Shown here piece by piece: positions 20,701 through 29,095 of a DNA stretch of 64,000 nt. Made by a program: the position numbers and the translations under genes. The notes beneath the pieces were generated by a model. It made no database searches, was not told where the DNA came from, and worked only from the letters and a program-made list of their open reading frames with translations. The stretch's first letter is position 1. The number at the start of each line of letters is the position of its first letter. The DNA is from Alphaproteobacteria bacterium (GTDB lineage: Bacteria > Pseudomonadota > Alphaproteobacteria > Rs-D84), in assembly GCA_017535105.1 (NCBI GenBank), contig JAFXUI010000004.1, positions 35,952 to 99,951 of the forward strand. Direction: 5' to 3'.

Positions 20701-21270
20701 GTTGCGACGGCAAGAGTCAAGTTTCGTGCCGAACATTGTGTCGGTGTCAGATGCGCATTTGCTGAAATTCTTGCCACATTTGTCGGTCATACATGCACGC
20801 AGGTCAGCATCGCAAGCGTTTGATGTGTTTGCCGAACGTTTTGTTGCCACCGTATTGCCCGCCGCGTCCAATGCCGCACGTTGCGCGCGTACCATATCCG
20901 CCAATGCAGTGTCAGACGAAGATGTTCCCGATGACATTGCATCACCCAGCGATGATGAAAACTGTAACGACTTGTTTTCAACAACAATGGGTTCATCGTT
21001 ATTTTCTTCTTCGACATATTCTTCGGCAACATACTCATCAATATCGTCATCGGAATCTTCCACCACCGGTTCCGGTTCAGCGGTTGTTGTGGTTGCCGGT
21101 GTTGTCGTTTGTGTCGTGGTGGTTGTTGATGTTGTGTTGGAATTCACCGATATTGTTGGTGCGCGCGATATTGATGCACGCGAAGAACGAGAAACAACCG
21201 CCGCCGCATCAGCGTTCATTACACTGAATACATATAATATAATGATAAAGAGTTCGTTTCGTATCTTCAT
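17800..21270 (-). CDS. Large secreted Cys-rich protein with glycine zipper and tandem Cys-rich repeats
   Basis: Signal peptide from ATG 21270 (ATGA overlap with upstream stop); CDADLRACMTDKCGKNFSKC module; LGSGVGMAVGALTSG; many CxxxGGxW...CxC units. Confidence 0.85.
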   Translation of the reverse strand: MKIRNELFIIILYVFSVMNADAAAVVSRSSRASISRAPTISVNSNTTSTTTTTQTTTPATTTTAEPEPVVEDSDDDIDEYVAEEYVEEENNDEPIVVENKSLQFSSSLGDAMSSGTSSSDTALADMVRAQRAALDAAGNTVATKRSANTSNACDADLRACMTDKCGKNFSKCASDTDTMFGTKLDSCRRNTKCDADEYKAFTAEIKADRVSAIKLQSFNDIIDCGKNYDACIVNQCGATYSKCLGKSAGDNAISKCGSIAKQCSAMDSGLASRTMSVFGTLRQTAEKQISTDEKKLYTMRDQMRSTCARLGAMLDDRSLDCVYTVNFLAGGDSTLYSSKKVYAGNTFDCTPAWFGVDVTTYMENAYRTTRAQSSASSAMLGSGVGMAVGALTSGAIDRAIDRQKADKELCEAKDGMKWSSFRNECVEDDSEEKAAKKAERQEARQERKEERQTARDARKEAKNIEKACKQSGGRWQNEACDCSEDIYLETKDNVCVVRDGMQFAKNCRDSKGTLTNNNKSCNCENGNAAQDGTCPTKREVNKAVRQEARDIKQQEQELEQRRTKCLQRGAGGTWYDNKECHCEKPGTQLEDDKCVYKDKESKEAQDKIDNCNETKGDWDYNTDTCTCHNGGTVGSNGKCPSDNAVMRANNRQEKRNQQYIANCTSSNGRMNSTNTECICPGNDVFPDENGKCPKQKTTSRAEKPTAQRACVDGQLINDECYCNNERTKVADKDGYCNATPKYVANCISSNGRMNSTNTECICPGNDVFPDKNGNCPKQKTTSRAEKPTAQRACVDGQLINDECYCNNERTKVADKDGYCNATPKYVANCTSSNGRMNSTNTECICPGNDVFPDENGKCPKQKTTSRAEKPTAQRACVDGQLINDECYCNNERTEIAGEDGYCPKAVRTNCTTQELKDLGYEHAVNGTVKQQDKSGKVTKCDITECEYGYELAKFTNKCKESRATKQETKATVKAEKQAEQQKQQKLQQQQELCEKEGGKWSTVPEPICRCMDGKQWTDNKCIFTDSQKQRYENCETSNGHVVNKGHTDEFCDCYGSVEPDADWNCPPIEEVQAQRQELEKLKKACNGEWELKTQTCNCEKKGLFGPDKNGKCQNATQWEMLQKQYCDDDPNGGWYEQPEPRCVCAERKQWINNKCQ
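18562..19292 (-). repeat. About three tandem copies of a 249-bp (83-aa) repeat
   Basis: NC(T/I)SSNGRMNSTNTECICPGNDVFPD...CVDGQLINDECYCNNERT occurs three times; equivalent positions at 18688, 18937 and 19186 are 249 bp apart. Confidence 0.95.
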
Positions 21271-22130
21271 TTTATCGTTGCACATGCGGTGTCATAATAT
21301 TTACATAACTGGGTTGCCATTGATTTTTCGTCAGCGTGGCCAGCGCCACAATTGTTTGGCATACGTTCGTTACATATCTTGGATATACACGCATCACGGC
21401 CGGAATTGTTTGCGCACAATGCGTATGCCGAATTTTCACGGGTCTTGCGTGCGTCCTGGTACGATTTGGCAATGCCGTCAATCATCGCCGCGCTGTTTTT
21501 AATGGCAGAGTCGCGTGATGCCACCAATTCCGCACGAATGTCGGACGCGTATTGATCACAGCCGGTTATTTCGGCCGCACATGCGGAAAAGAACTTGTTA
21601 AAATCGGCATCGGTTTCGCACGCGCCAAAATCGTCACCGCACCGTTTGTCGCCGATAACACAGTTAGAAATCTCAGAAGAGCAGGTTGTTTTGGTTTTTG
21701 TTTTTTTAATATTGTCCTTTAATACAGACATTTGTGCACTGATGCCGGCGGCGGTACACGACTGTTCAATCAACTTGTCGTATGTATCGGTGACGTCATC
21801 GGGTGTACAGCCCGCAACCATTTCAACACATTTTGTTGTTGCCCAGACATAGCGTGCGCCCGGGTCGGTGGGTGCCTTTTTCAAATCTTTGTCCGAAATA
21901 TTGTATTTTGCCGCCGCGCCAACCGATACAGATTTCATAGCATTCTTGGTCGGTGGGGTTCCAGCATCAGCCGTGCCGCAATATTGGCACCGAGCCGCCG
22001 GATTTGACGATAAATTTATCGCACAGGCAGAGTCCAGACAGCGCGATAAATTCGCGCGTGAACACGCAGAATGTGCCAAATTTGGCACAAAAACAGAAAT
22101 TACCGCTAAAAATAACAGGTTTCTACGCAT
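21267..22130 (-). CDS. Secreted Cys-rich protein, short divergent member of the CMDxFC family
   Basis: Signal peptide MRRNLLFLAVISVFVPNLAHS; CSRANLSRCLDSAC; YDKLIEQSC; CSSEISNCVIGDKRCGDDFGAC. Confidence 0.8.
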   Translation of the reverse strand: MRRNLLFLAVISVFVPNLAHSACSRANLSRCLDSACAINLSSNPAARCQYCGTADAGTPPTKNAMKSVSVGAAAKYNISDKDLKKAPTDPGARYVWATTKCVEMVAGCTPDDVTDTYDKLIEQSCTAAGISAQMSVLKDNIKKTKTKTTCSSEISNCVIGDKRCGDDFGACETDADFNKFFSACAAEITGCDQYASDIRAELVASRDSAIKNSAAMIDGIAKSYQDARKTRENSAYALCANNSGRDACISKICNERMPNNCGAGHADEKSMATQLCKYYDTACATIK

Positions 22131-22213
22131 TTCTCTCTTATGAATATAAATTATAGCAAAAAATGCGGTTTTATGCAAAGGGAAAAAGAATTGTAATTTT
22201 TTCATTTTTACAC

Positions 22214-22241
22214 TTGACAATAAAACGTTTTTGTCTATAAT
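22214..22241 (+). promoter_or_regulatory. Sigma70-type promoter
   Basis: TTGACA-16 nt-TATAAT. Confidence 0.7.
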
Positions 22242-22276
22242 AAGGGCAGAAATAACCACAGAAAAGGGATAAAGAG

Positions 22277-22963
22277 ATGGCTATATCTAAACAGAATAAA
22301 CATTTGTTGGCAATGCTTGGAACCGGCGCGTTGGCGTTGGGGTTGGCGGTTTTTGCCTTTATCAGAAATGGTAATGCAAATAGTGCCAAAAGAGATGCTG
22401 AAAGGGCTAAAACGGAACTTATCGATAGTTATAAAGAAAAAGCCGCTTTGCGTAAAGATTCAATCGCAACTCATGATACTTTGTGTTTGGTTCGTAATGA
22501 AAATGACAGTTTGCGCACAGTTATCATAGAAAAAGACAGCGTTATTGCTGATCGTGATACCGCGATTGCTGTGTTGGGCAGGGAATTAAAAGATTGCGAA
22601 GAAAATAAAAAGCCAGTGGCTAAAAAACCGGCTCAAACAAAAAAGCCAGCGGCAAAACCAGTTGAAAAGAAACCGGAAGTTAAAAAGCCAGAAGCAAAAA
22701 AACCAGAAGCAAAAAAACCGGAAGCAAAAAAACCAGAAGAAAAGAAACCAGAAGTAAAACAACCGGTTTGTGACAAAAAGCCAGTGGCACCAGTGCATGT
22801 TGATTTTAACGATGATTCACACGACAATGTTGTCAATGTGAATAATGGTATCGTTATTAACAACAACTATAATGCGGTTGTCGATACTATCAAGGCAGCA
22901 CAAAAGAAAGTTCAATATTCTGTGGGTAAAGCCTATACAGGAAGAACTGTTCGTTGCCAGTAA
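22277..22963 (+). CDS. Membrane-anchored coiled-coil protein with KKPE(A/V) repeats
   Basis: N-terminal TM helix, coiled coil, pentapeptide repeats, Asn/Val-rich tail; own promoter and terminator. Confidence 0.8.
   Translation: MAISKQNKHLLAMLGTGALALGLAVFAFIRNGNANSAKRDAERAKTELIDSYKEKAALRKDSIATHDTLCLVRNENDSLRTVIIEKDSVIADRDTAIAVLGRELKDCEENKKPVAKKPAQTKKPAAKPVEKKPEVKKPEAKKPEAKKPEAKKPEEKKPEVKQPVCDKKPVAPVHVDFNDDSHDNVVNVNNGIVINNNYNAVVDTIKAAQKKVQYSVGKAYTGRTVRCQ
22665..22760 (+). repeat. 15-bp tandem repeat encoding KKPE(A/V/E)
   Basis: AAAAAACCAGAAGCA-type units repeated about six times. Confidence 0.85.
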
Positions 22964-22983
22964 TTTTATGTGTGTACTGAATA

Positions 22984-23018
22984 AAACAGGGCCTTTGTAA
23001 AAAAGGCCTTGTTTTTTT
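22984..23018 (+). terminator. Intrinsic terminator
   Basis: AAACAGGGCCTTT...AAAGGCCTTGTTTTTTT. Confidence 0.75.
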
Positions 23019-23091
23019 GTTTTGCTGTCATTTTTTTGCTAGACACAATCGCGAGATTTATGATAACATTTATTTATACAGAGAGAATTGT

Positions 23092-26000
23092 ATGAAGTTT
23101 ATCAGAATTTTCTTGGTCGCTTTATTCTTTATGCCGGCAGTATCGCATGCGGCATCAAATGAATTTACCGTTGCAGCGCAATTGTTGGCGGCGGCGAAAA
23201 ATGCCGATATTCAACAGGTCCAGGCTCTTATCAATGCCGGTGCGGACGTGAATTATACGGACAGCACGGGTTTGTCGATTGTTTGTACCGCGTTGATGAA
23301 TAACGATGTGCGTGCGGCGCAAATCTTACAGATGTATGGCGCAGACGCGTCAAAGTGCGACCGCCAAATCAAACAATTTAATAACCGAACAAAGCCAAAA
23401 GAGAGTGGTGGGCTGTTCGGCGGACTATCTTCTGCCCAAAGCATTACATTGACGGCGGCGGGTGCCGCCGTTATTGTTGCTGGGCTGTACTTTTTAACCG
23501 ATTGGTTGGATCCGGGTAATGCAAATGACCCGTCTTCGTCAAATGGTGGTTCACACGGCAGTGGCAGTGGCGGTGGTACATCGGGGTCCGAGGGCACACT
23601 GGCATTCACATTGCCAGATGGTCCGGCATCATTGGCGGCGGACTATAATTACACTGATGCGCTGAATTTTTTCAGTACGGATACTACAGAAGCGCCAATA
23701 TATCGCGAAAATTATGAATTGATGACCAATGGCTATCGTCAAAATTATTTGCTTATGATGCATGGTTATTCACCAATGGCACGCGGATATATGGGCATGC
23801 AGACGTTGCGCAATTTATCAACATATGCGCCGTTGAATATTTCGGGAAATAATATCGGATTGGACAGTTTGTTGGGTGGTAAGCCGATAAATGTTGCGCT
23901 GGTTACCACAAACGGTATTGATGTGACGGCAAATGGTGGTGATTCTTCGTTGCAAAATAAGTTTATGTTGTGGACAACGTTGAATAATGACGGAACGGGA
24001 ACAAATGGCGCAAGTAACGATATGTTGTCCAGCAAATATTACAACAATGAAATTATACGTGGTGCGGACAATGAATCTTTGGCAGACGACAGTGTTGCCG
24101 AAGAAGTCGCTTTGATTTCTACATTTGATTTGTCGGGCTTTGGTTCGGCAATTGAAAATACATCAGCGACCGCGGATGATAATTTGATTGCAAAGGTTGT
24201 TGGTGGTTCGGATACTGGTTTCACAACGGCGGACTATGTTGGTTTTATGCCAAATGGTCAGTTAACGATATTCCGTACCGGTGGTGGCACGGGTGCGGGT
24301 GGTGCAATTGATTATTATAATTACAAGGCGTTAAATTTGGCGGCGAGTTTAACAACAATAGAGAGTGCAGGGCGCATGACACCGACTGTTTTGGCAAATG
24401 CGTCTGTGATTTCGCCGTTGCATAATAAGTTGGTTGAAACAATTGATTATGTGCGCAGTTTTCCTGCATTACAGCAAGAGTCTTTATTCGCATCATTGGT
24501 TGATAAATATTATGACGTAAATACTACGGACGGTTTGGCAGATACAGATGCATTGCCCAGTACGGACGCAATAAGTTTCCTGTCACGTTTGGGTTCATCG
24601 TATGCGCCGATAACAGTTTTCGCAACGGGGGCAAACGAAATAACTGCGGCCGAATTTCAATATCGTGGTGGCGAAACACTAAAGGCGACATTTGAAAATG
24701 CGGTGCCATTATTATACCCGAACAGTGAACATTTATTTATGTCGGTTGTCGGTGTTGTGCTGGGGTCAGATGGGACCAGTGGCGTTGATAGTGTTTCAAG
24801 TTATTCGCCGGCGGGAAAATACTATGTAACACAATGGCAAAACACAAATGGAACACCAGATGACACAAGTGATGATACATACTATCGCGGTCGTGTTTGT
24901 GGTGTTGCAGGGACGGGAACAAGTACGGTTGACCCATGGTGCTTTGCATCGGCGGGTGTGACCGATGAATTGGCGGTGGCAAGCGCGGCGGGTGCGGCCG
25001 GCGCGTTACAATCGGCGTTTTCATACATGACCCCGCGTCAGTTGTATACGTTGATGGCGTTAACTGCGGATGGTGCATATCTGAAGGTGTCAGATGAAGG
25101 GTCGGCATATAATGATATATCACTGACGACTTATTTACAAAATATGTATGTTTTGCCAGCGGACTATCAGTTGCGCGTTGACGGTGGCGAAAGTTATCTG
25201 AAAGTATTTAAGGAAGTGTTCGGTTATGGTATGATAAACCTGGAACGTGCAACGACACCGGGTAAAAAGATTTACTATTATGGTGGTTCGGCAACCAATC
25301 CAGATATTGTTTCGACCGCGGGCAATGCGTATGCACGCGCGGCAAGCAAAACAGCATTTCGTTCTTCGGTGGCATTGCCAATGCGTGCGGCAACCATAAC
25401 AACATCGGCGTATGATGTGTTGGAAAGTTTTGATGGTTCAATGTCGTTGCCACGTTTGTGGGAAACGTCTTTTGCAATTGGCAACAGCGATAAACGCGGT
25501 TTGTATATGGGTGATGTGTTGGGTGAACTGAAAACACGTCGTGATAATGCAACCGATACCAAAATTGGAAATATGTCGTTCCGTTTGGCGCGTTCGGAAC
25601 GTGCGTACAATGACAATATGGGTGGCCTGGACGAATTGCGTTTGGGATTTGATAATGGTGCGTTTCATATGTCGGCGGATTATCAGCATCATTTGACAGA
25701 CGGGGCATCGCGTTTTTCGGGGCTGGCTAATCCTGTGTTAAACTTGGCATCAAATGTGTTGACAACCAACTTTGCATATGATTTTGGTAATTGGACATTT
25801 GGTGCGCGCGCATTTTCGGGTGCGATAACAGACGATGGTTTGTTGGAAAATGACCCGACATTATCGGCGCAATATATGCCGGCAACATTGGGTTTTGTAA
25901 ATGGTGCGGGGGCAAGTGCCAGTTGGCAAAATGATAAGTTTGGTATAACAACATCGTTCGGCTTTATGCATGAAACAAATACATTGTTGGGCGCACAAAT

Positions 26001-26505
26001 GGACGGCTTGTTGGGGCTGGGCGCGGGTGACACACAATATGTCGATGCCGAATTGCGTTATGCGCCAATGGAAAATGTTTCGTTAAAGTTGCGTGGAACG
26101 TATGCACATACAGAAACATCTGCGAACGGTCTGTTTATAACCGATGTTTCGGCGATTGAATCAAATGCGGTTGCGTTTGGTGCCGACATTGGTAATTTCA
26201 GTTTCGCAATTGCGCGTCCGTTGGCGGCATATAACGGTGGGATAAAATACGCATATGCGAACTATGCGATTATTGACAATGACAACGGTTCGTATGGCAT
26301 AGACGTCACAGATTCTGGAATCAGAACCTTGCGGTTTGGTTCCGATAAACGAGAATTGCGTTTTTCGGGCGAATATCGTCATAACTTTGGTGAGTTTACT
26401 GACGGTGCGTTCGGGTTTATCTATCGCGTAAATCCAAACAATACTGATGAATTTGGCAATGAATCAATATTTATGCTGAAAATGACCCATCGTTTGGGTA
26501 TTTAA
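23092..26505 (+). CDS. Ankyrin plus degenerate subtilase (S8)-like passenger plus C-terminal beta-barrel outer-membrane protein
   Basis: Signal peptide; LLAAAKNADIQQVQALINAGADVN ankyrin; CGVA...WCF, AAGALQSAFSYMT..QL..LMALTAD and FGYGMINLERATTP resemble S8 autotransporters; amphipathic beta-strand C-terminus. Confidence 0.7.
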   Translation: MKFIRIFLVALFFMPAVSHAASNEFTVAAQLLAAAKNADIQQVQALINAGADVNYTDSTGLSIVCTALMNNDVRAAQILQMYGADASKCDRQIKQFNNRTKPKESGGLFGGLSSAQSITLTAAGAAVIVAGLYFLTDWLDPGNANDPSSSNGGSHGSGSGGGTSGSEGTLAFTLPDGPASLAADYNYTDALNFFSTDTTEAPIYRENYELMTNGYRQNYLLMMHGYSPMARGYMGMQTLRNLSTYAPLNISGNNIGLDSLLGGKPINVALVTTNGIDVTANGGDSSLQNKFMLWTTLNNDGTGTNGASNDMLSSKYYNNEIIRGADNESLADDSVAEEVALISTFDLSGFGSAIENTSATADDNLIAKVVGGSDTGFTTADYVGFMPNGQLTIFRTGGGTGAGGAIDYYNYKALNLAASLTTIESAGRMTPTVLANASVISPLHNKLVETIDYVRSFPALQQESLFASLVDKYYDVNTTDGLADTDALPSTDAISFLSRLGSSYAPITVFATGANEITAAEFQYRGGETLKATFENAVPLLYPNSEHLFMSVVGVVLGSDGTSGVDSVSSYSPAGKYYVTQWQNTNGTPDDTSDDTYYRGRVCGVAGTGTSTVDPWCFASAGVTDELAVASAAGAAGALQSAFSYMTPRQLYTLMALTADGAYLKVSDEGSAYNDISLTTYLQNMYVLPADYQLRVDGGESYLKVFKEVFGYGMINLERATTPGKKIYYYGGSATNPDIVSTAGNAYARAASKTAFRSSVALPMRAATITTSAYDVLESFDGSMSLPRLWETSFAIGNSDKRGLYMGDVLGELKTRRDNATDTKIGNMSFRLARSERAYNDNMGGLDELRLGFDNGAFHMSADYQHHLTDGASRFSGLANPVLNLASNVLTTNFAYDFGNWTFGARAFSGAITDDGLLENDPTLSAQYMPATLGFVNGAGASASWQNDKFGITTSFGFMHETNTLLGAQMDGLLGLGAGDTQYVDAELRYAPMENVSLKLRGTYAHTETSANGLFITDVSAIESNAVAFGADIGNFSFAIARPLAAYNGGIKYAYANYAIIDNDNGSYGIDVTDSGIRTLRFGSDKRELRFSGEYRHNFGEFTDGAFGFIYRVNPNNTDEFGNESIFMLKMTHRLGI

Positions 26506-26509
26506 TATC

Positions 26510-26537
26510 TTGACAACTTATATTTTTTGTCTATAAT
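26510..26537 (+). promoter_or_regulatory. Sigma70-type promoter
   Basis: TTGACA-16 nt-TATAAT. Confidence 0.7.
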
Positions 26538-26568
26538 TTCTCCGAGTAATATAAACAGGGCATAATTT

Positions 26569-27003
26569 ATGAAAATCATAGAGCGGATGAAAAATATTTT
26601 TGCAAAGCCGGAATTGTTGCCGGAAGGTTTTGTGCGTGACCCAGAATACGATATGGTATTTTGGTATGATACTTTTGGTAGTGCGCCCAATATTGTAAGG
26701 GCAAGAAACGGTCGTCAATATGTTTATTTTGAAGATGTTGATCCAGAAAAATTAGATATTGCTCGTAAAATGGGCTTTCGGTTGCGCAGTCATAAAAGCC
26801 GCAAATATACACCAGCAAAACGCATCTATCGTGCATTGATTACTCGTGATTTGTCGGACGATGCTTTGACATTCTTGTGGAGAATGAATGGGTTGATGTC
26901 TTTGTCGGCGCTCGATTTGCGAACAGAAAGCAATAAACATAACAAGGATTCAAAATATCAGAAATATATTGCGGTATACAAATCAAATCAAAAGACAAAA
27001 TAA
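26569..27003 (+). CDS. Hypothetical basic protein ending NQKTK
   Basis: 144-aa ORF with own promoter and terminator. Confidence 0.7.
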   Translation: MKIIERMKNIFAKPELLPEGFVRDPEYDMVFWYDTFGSAPNIVRARNGRQYVYFEDVDPEKLDIARKMGFRLRSHKSRKYTPAKRIYRALITRDLSDDALTFLWRMNGLMSLSALDLRTESNKHNKDSKYQKYIAVYKSNQKTK

Positions 27004-27032
27004 AAAACCGCCCAAATGGGCGGTTCTTTTTT
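27002..27032. terminator. Bidirectional intrinsic terminator
   Basis: AAAAAACCGCCC-AAAT-GGGCGGTTCTTTTT. Confidence 0.8.
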
Positions 27033-28110
27033 ATTTCACACGTATCGGAATAATTGTTTGGTCTTTGATAGCATCCAGTGGCGCATATTGAAAACGAACA
27101 CTGGCAAAATCAATGTCGTTCATATCTATGGAGCGCACTGTGCGATTATACATTGTGTGATAGTACACAATTTTATTGCCCAAATCGGTCGCGATTGTCC
27201 ACTGGGTCGCGGACGGCATATTGTTTGTTGCCTTGCCAGAATCAAATTCAACACTCAAAGGAACGTCCAAATTGTTCAACAAGTGAAAAGCCTTCATTAC
27301 CGCGTCATAGCCGTTTGGTTGTTGAATTGAATAATTACTTAACAATGCTGCACGCACAAATCGTGATGGTGGTGTAAAGTCGCCGGGCAGCCCCAACATA
27401 CCACTGTCGGAACCATACGCGCGCAGGGTGATGTTGCCAACTTTCTTTGGCTCTGAGGTTCCAGGTTTCAGATTGATATAATTGTTTAGGTTCATTACGT
27501 GCCACGGATAGTTCGGTGAATTTGCAATTGCACCAACAACGCTGTCGTAAAAATGCGCCGCGCCATCAACAAATTCCAAAATCACTTGTTTGCCGGTTGC
27601 ATCGGTTATGCGCCAGTGTACCGTTGACGCCGATGGATCAACATTTGTGACGGTTATGTATTTGATTGCTTCTTGGATTTCATCGATTGTGGCAAAGCGC
27701 GATAACATCCATGCGACTAACTCGAAATCAGCAATACTGTCAGATTTTCTGGTGGGGTTGTATGTCGGGTATTTGCCATAGTCCGGGAAATAAAACAGCC
27801 CGGCGGAAAGACCCGCTTCATTCGTGCCGTCGATTACAAAGTCTGGCGTTTGTACCGCAATGCCGACATAGCCATATACGGATGTGAATTTTAATCCGTC
27901 CATTTTACCGCCCGGGGTCAATGATGTCTGGGTATGGCCACGTGGCGCGATAACGTACATGCTGTTCATTTCGTCACCATGCCAATCAACAGTTCGCGCA
28001 ACAATCGTATCGCCATCGCGCGCGTGCAGTGTCAGCCCCGTACATGCGTGACCGTGATTTACGATTCCAAGTATCCCCGCAAGAGTAATTGCAAATAGTT
28101 TTATATTCAT
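27031..28110 (-). CDS. Choloylglycine hydrolase / penicillin V acylase family Ntn-hydrolase, exported
   Basis: Signal peptide then nucleophile CTG; ARTVDW, DGTNEAGL, NSP, GLPGDFTPPSRFVRA. Confidence 0.92.
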   Translation of the reverse strand: MNIKLFAITLAGILGIVNHGHACTGLTLHARDGDTIVARTVDWHGDEMNSMYVIAPRGHTQTSLTPGGKMDGLKFTSVYGYVGIAVQTPDFVIDGTNEAGLSAGLFYFPDYGKYPTYNPTRKSDSIADFELVAWMLSRFATIDEIQEAIKYITVTNVDPSASTVHWRITDATGKQVILEFVDGAAHFYDSVVGAIANSPNYPWHVMNLNNYINLKPGTSEPKKVGNITLRAYGSDSGMLGLPGDFTPPSRFVRAALLSNYSIQQPNGYDAVMKAFHLLNNLDVPLSVEFDSGKATNNMPSATQWTIATDLGNKIVYYHTMYNRTVRSIDMNDIDFASVRFQYAPLDAIKDQTIIPIRVK

Positions 28111-28225
28111 TTTGTTCCCCCCGTTTTATGTTTATATTATGTTGTTTTTGCGTGCGAATATGCCACAGGAACAAAAGCAAAATCCGTTGTTTGTTTTCCC
28201 ATTTTTTTGTGATAGAATAGGGGGC

Positions 28226-28762
28226 ATGAACATACCAATCGAAGACATTTACGAATTTCACCGCGTGCGTACCGCATGCCATATCGAATGTATGAATTAC
28301 TTTGCGGGGCTGTTAGGTTATCATTTTCCAGAACACGATAATGACAAGGGAATTGAGCCAATGCGCACCGGATACGCATATAAAAACTATGCGAAATATC
28401 ACCCCGATTATAATTTGCCCGATAACTATGAAGAACTGGCAAAGATTGCGATTTCAACACATCACGAACACGCATCGCACCACGTTGATTTTTATGGCGG
28501 TGACGTTTCCAAGATTCCAGATGTTCACGTAATGGAAATGGTTGCCGATTGGGCAAGTGCGAATTTCGAGCAATTATACGTCTTGCGCGATTGCCCGTAT
28601 AATACGGTTTTGGAGTGGTTTAACGCGGTGATGGGAAACAAGAATTGGTCGCAAGCCCAATTGAATATGATTCATACGGCGATGAAAACCATAGAAGAAA
28701 AAATGGACCAAGAAGCCGTAATGAAAATCTGGGAACCCACGCTTGCGATAAGCGCACTGTGA
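28226..28762 (+). CDS. DUF5662-like HD-related protein
   Basis: H...HDxDK...HHxxxxHH...EMVADW pattern. Confidence 0.7.
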   Translation: MNIPIEDIYEFHRVRTACHIECMNYFAGLLGYHFPEHDNDKGIEPMRTGYAYKNYAKYHPDYNLPDNYEELAKIAISTHHEHASHHVDFYGGDVSKIPDVHVMEMVADWASANFEQLYVLRDCPYNTVLEWFNAVMGNKNWSQAQLNMIHTAMKTIEEKMDQEAVMKIWEPTLAISAL

Positions 28763-28811
28763 TTTTTATTTGCAAATTGTAAAAAGGTAGATATAATACA
28801 AGGGCACGTCT

Positions 28812-28885
28812 TGGGGCATAGTTTAATGGTAGAACATCGGACTCTGACTCCGCTAGTGTTGGTTCGAATCCAGCTGCCCCAACCA
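28812..28885 (+). tRNA. tRNA-Gln (anticodon CTG)
   Basis: TGGGGCA/TGCCCCA acceptor stem, CTCTGAC anticodon loop, GGTTCGAATCC T-arm, encoded CCA; TTGCAA/TATAAT promoter upstream. Confidence 0.96.
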
Positions 28886-29053
28886 AGATAAAATCAAAAT
28901 GTCCCAGCGGGGCATTTTTATTTTATCAGGGGCAGCTGGATACGCCAGAGCGAAGCGCATGGCGAATACGCAGATGAACAATTAGGAAAATCATAAAAAT
29001 GGAGTTGTTTAATACGAGTTTTTATAGATTTTGATTATTGTTTATCAAGGAAT

Positions 29054-29068
29054 CAGCTGCCCCAACCA
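29054..29068 (+). repeat. Direct repeat of the tRNA-Gln 3' end (att-like)
   Basis: CAGCTGCCCCAACCA is identical to 28871-28885. Confidence 0.8.
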
Positions 29069-29095
29069 AAAATTCAACCGCCGTTTCAGGCGGTT

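Noticed and set aside
28620-28886. 88-aa ORF beginning MVGAAGFEP
   Set aside because: Typical antisense translation of a tRNA gene.
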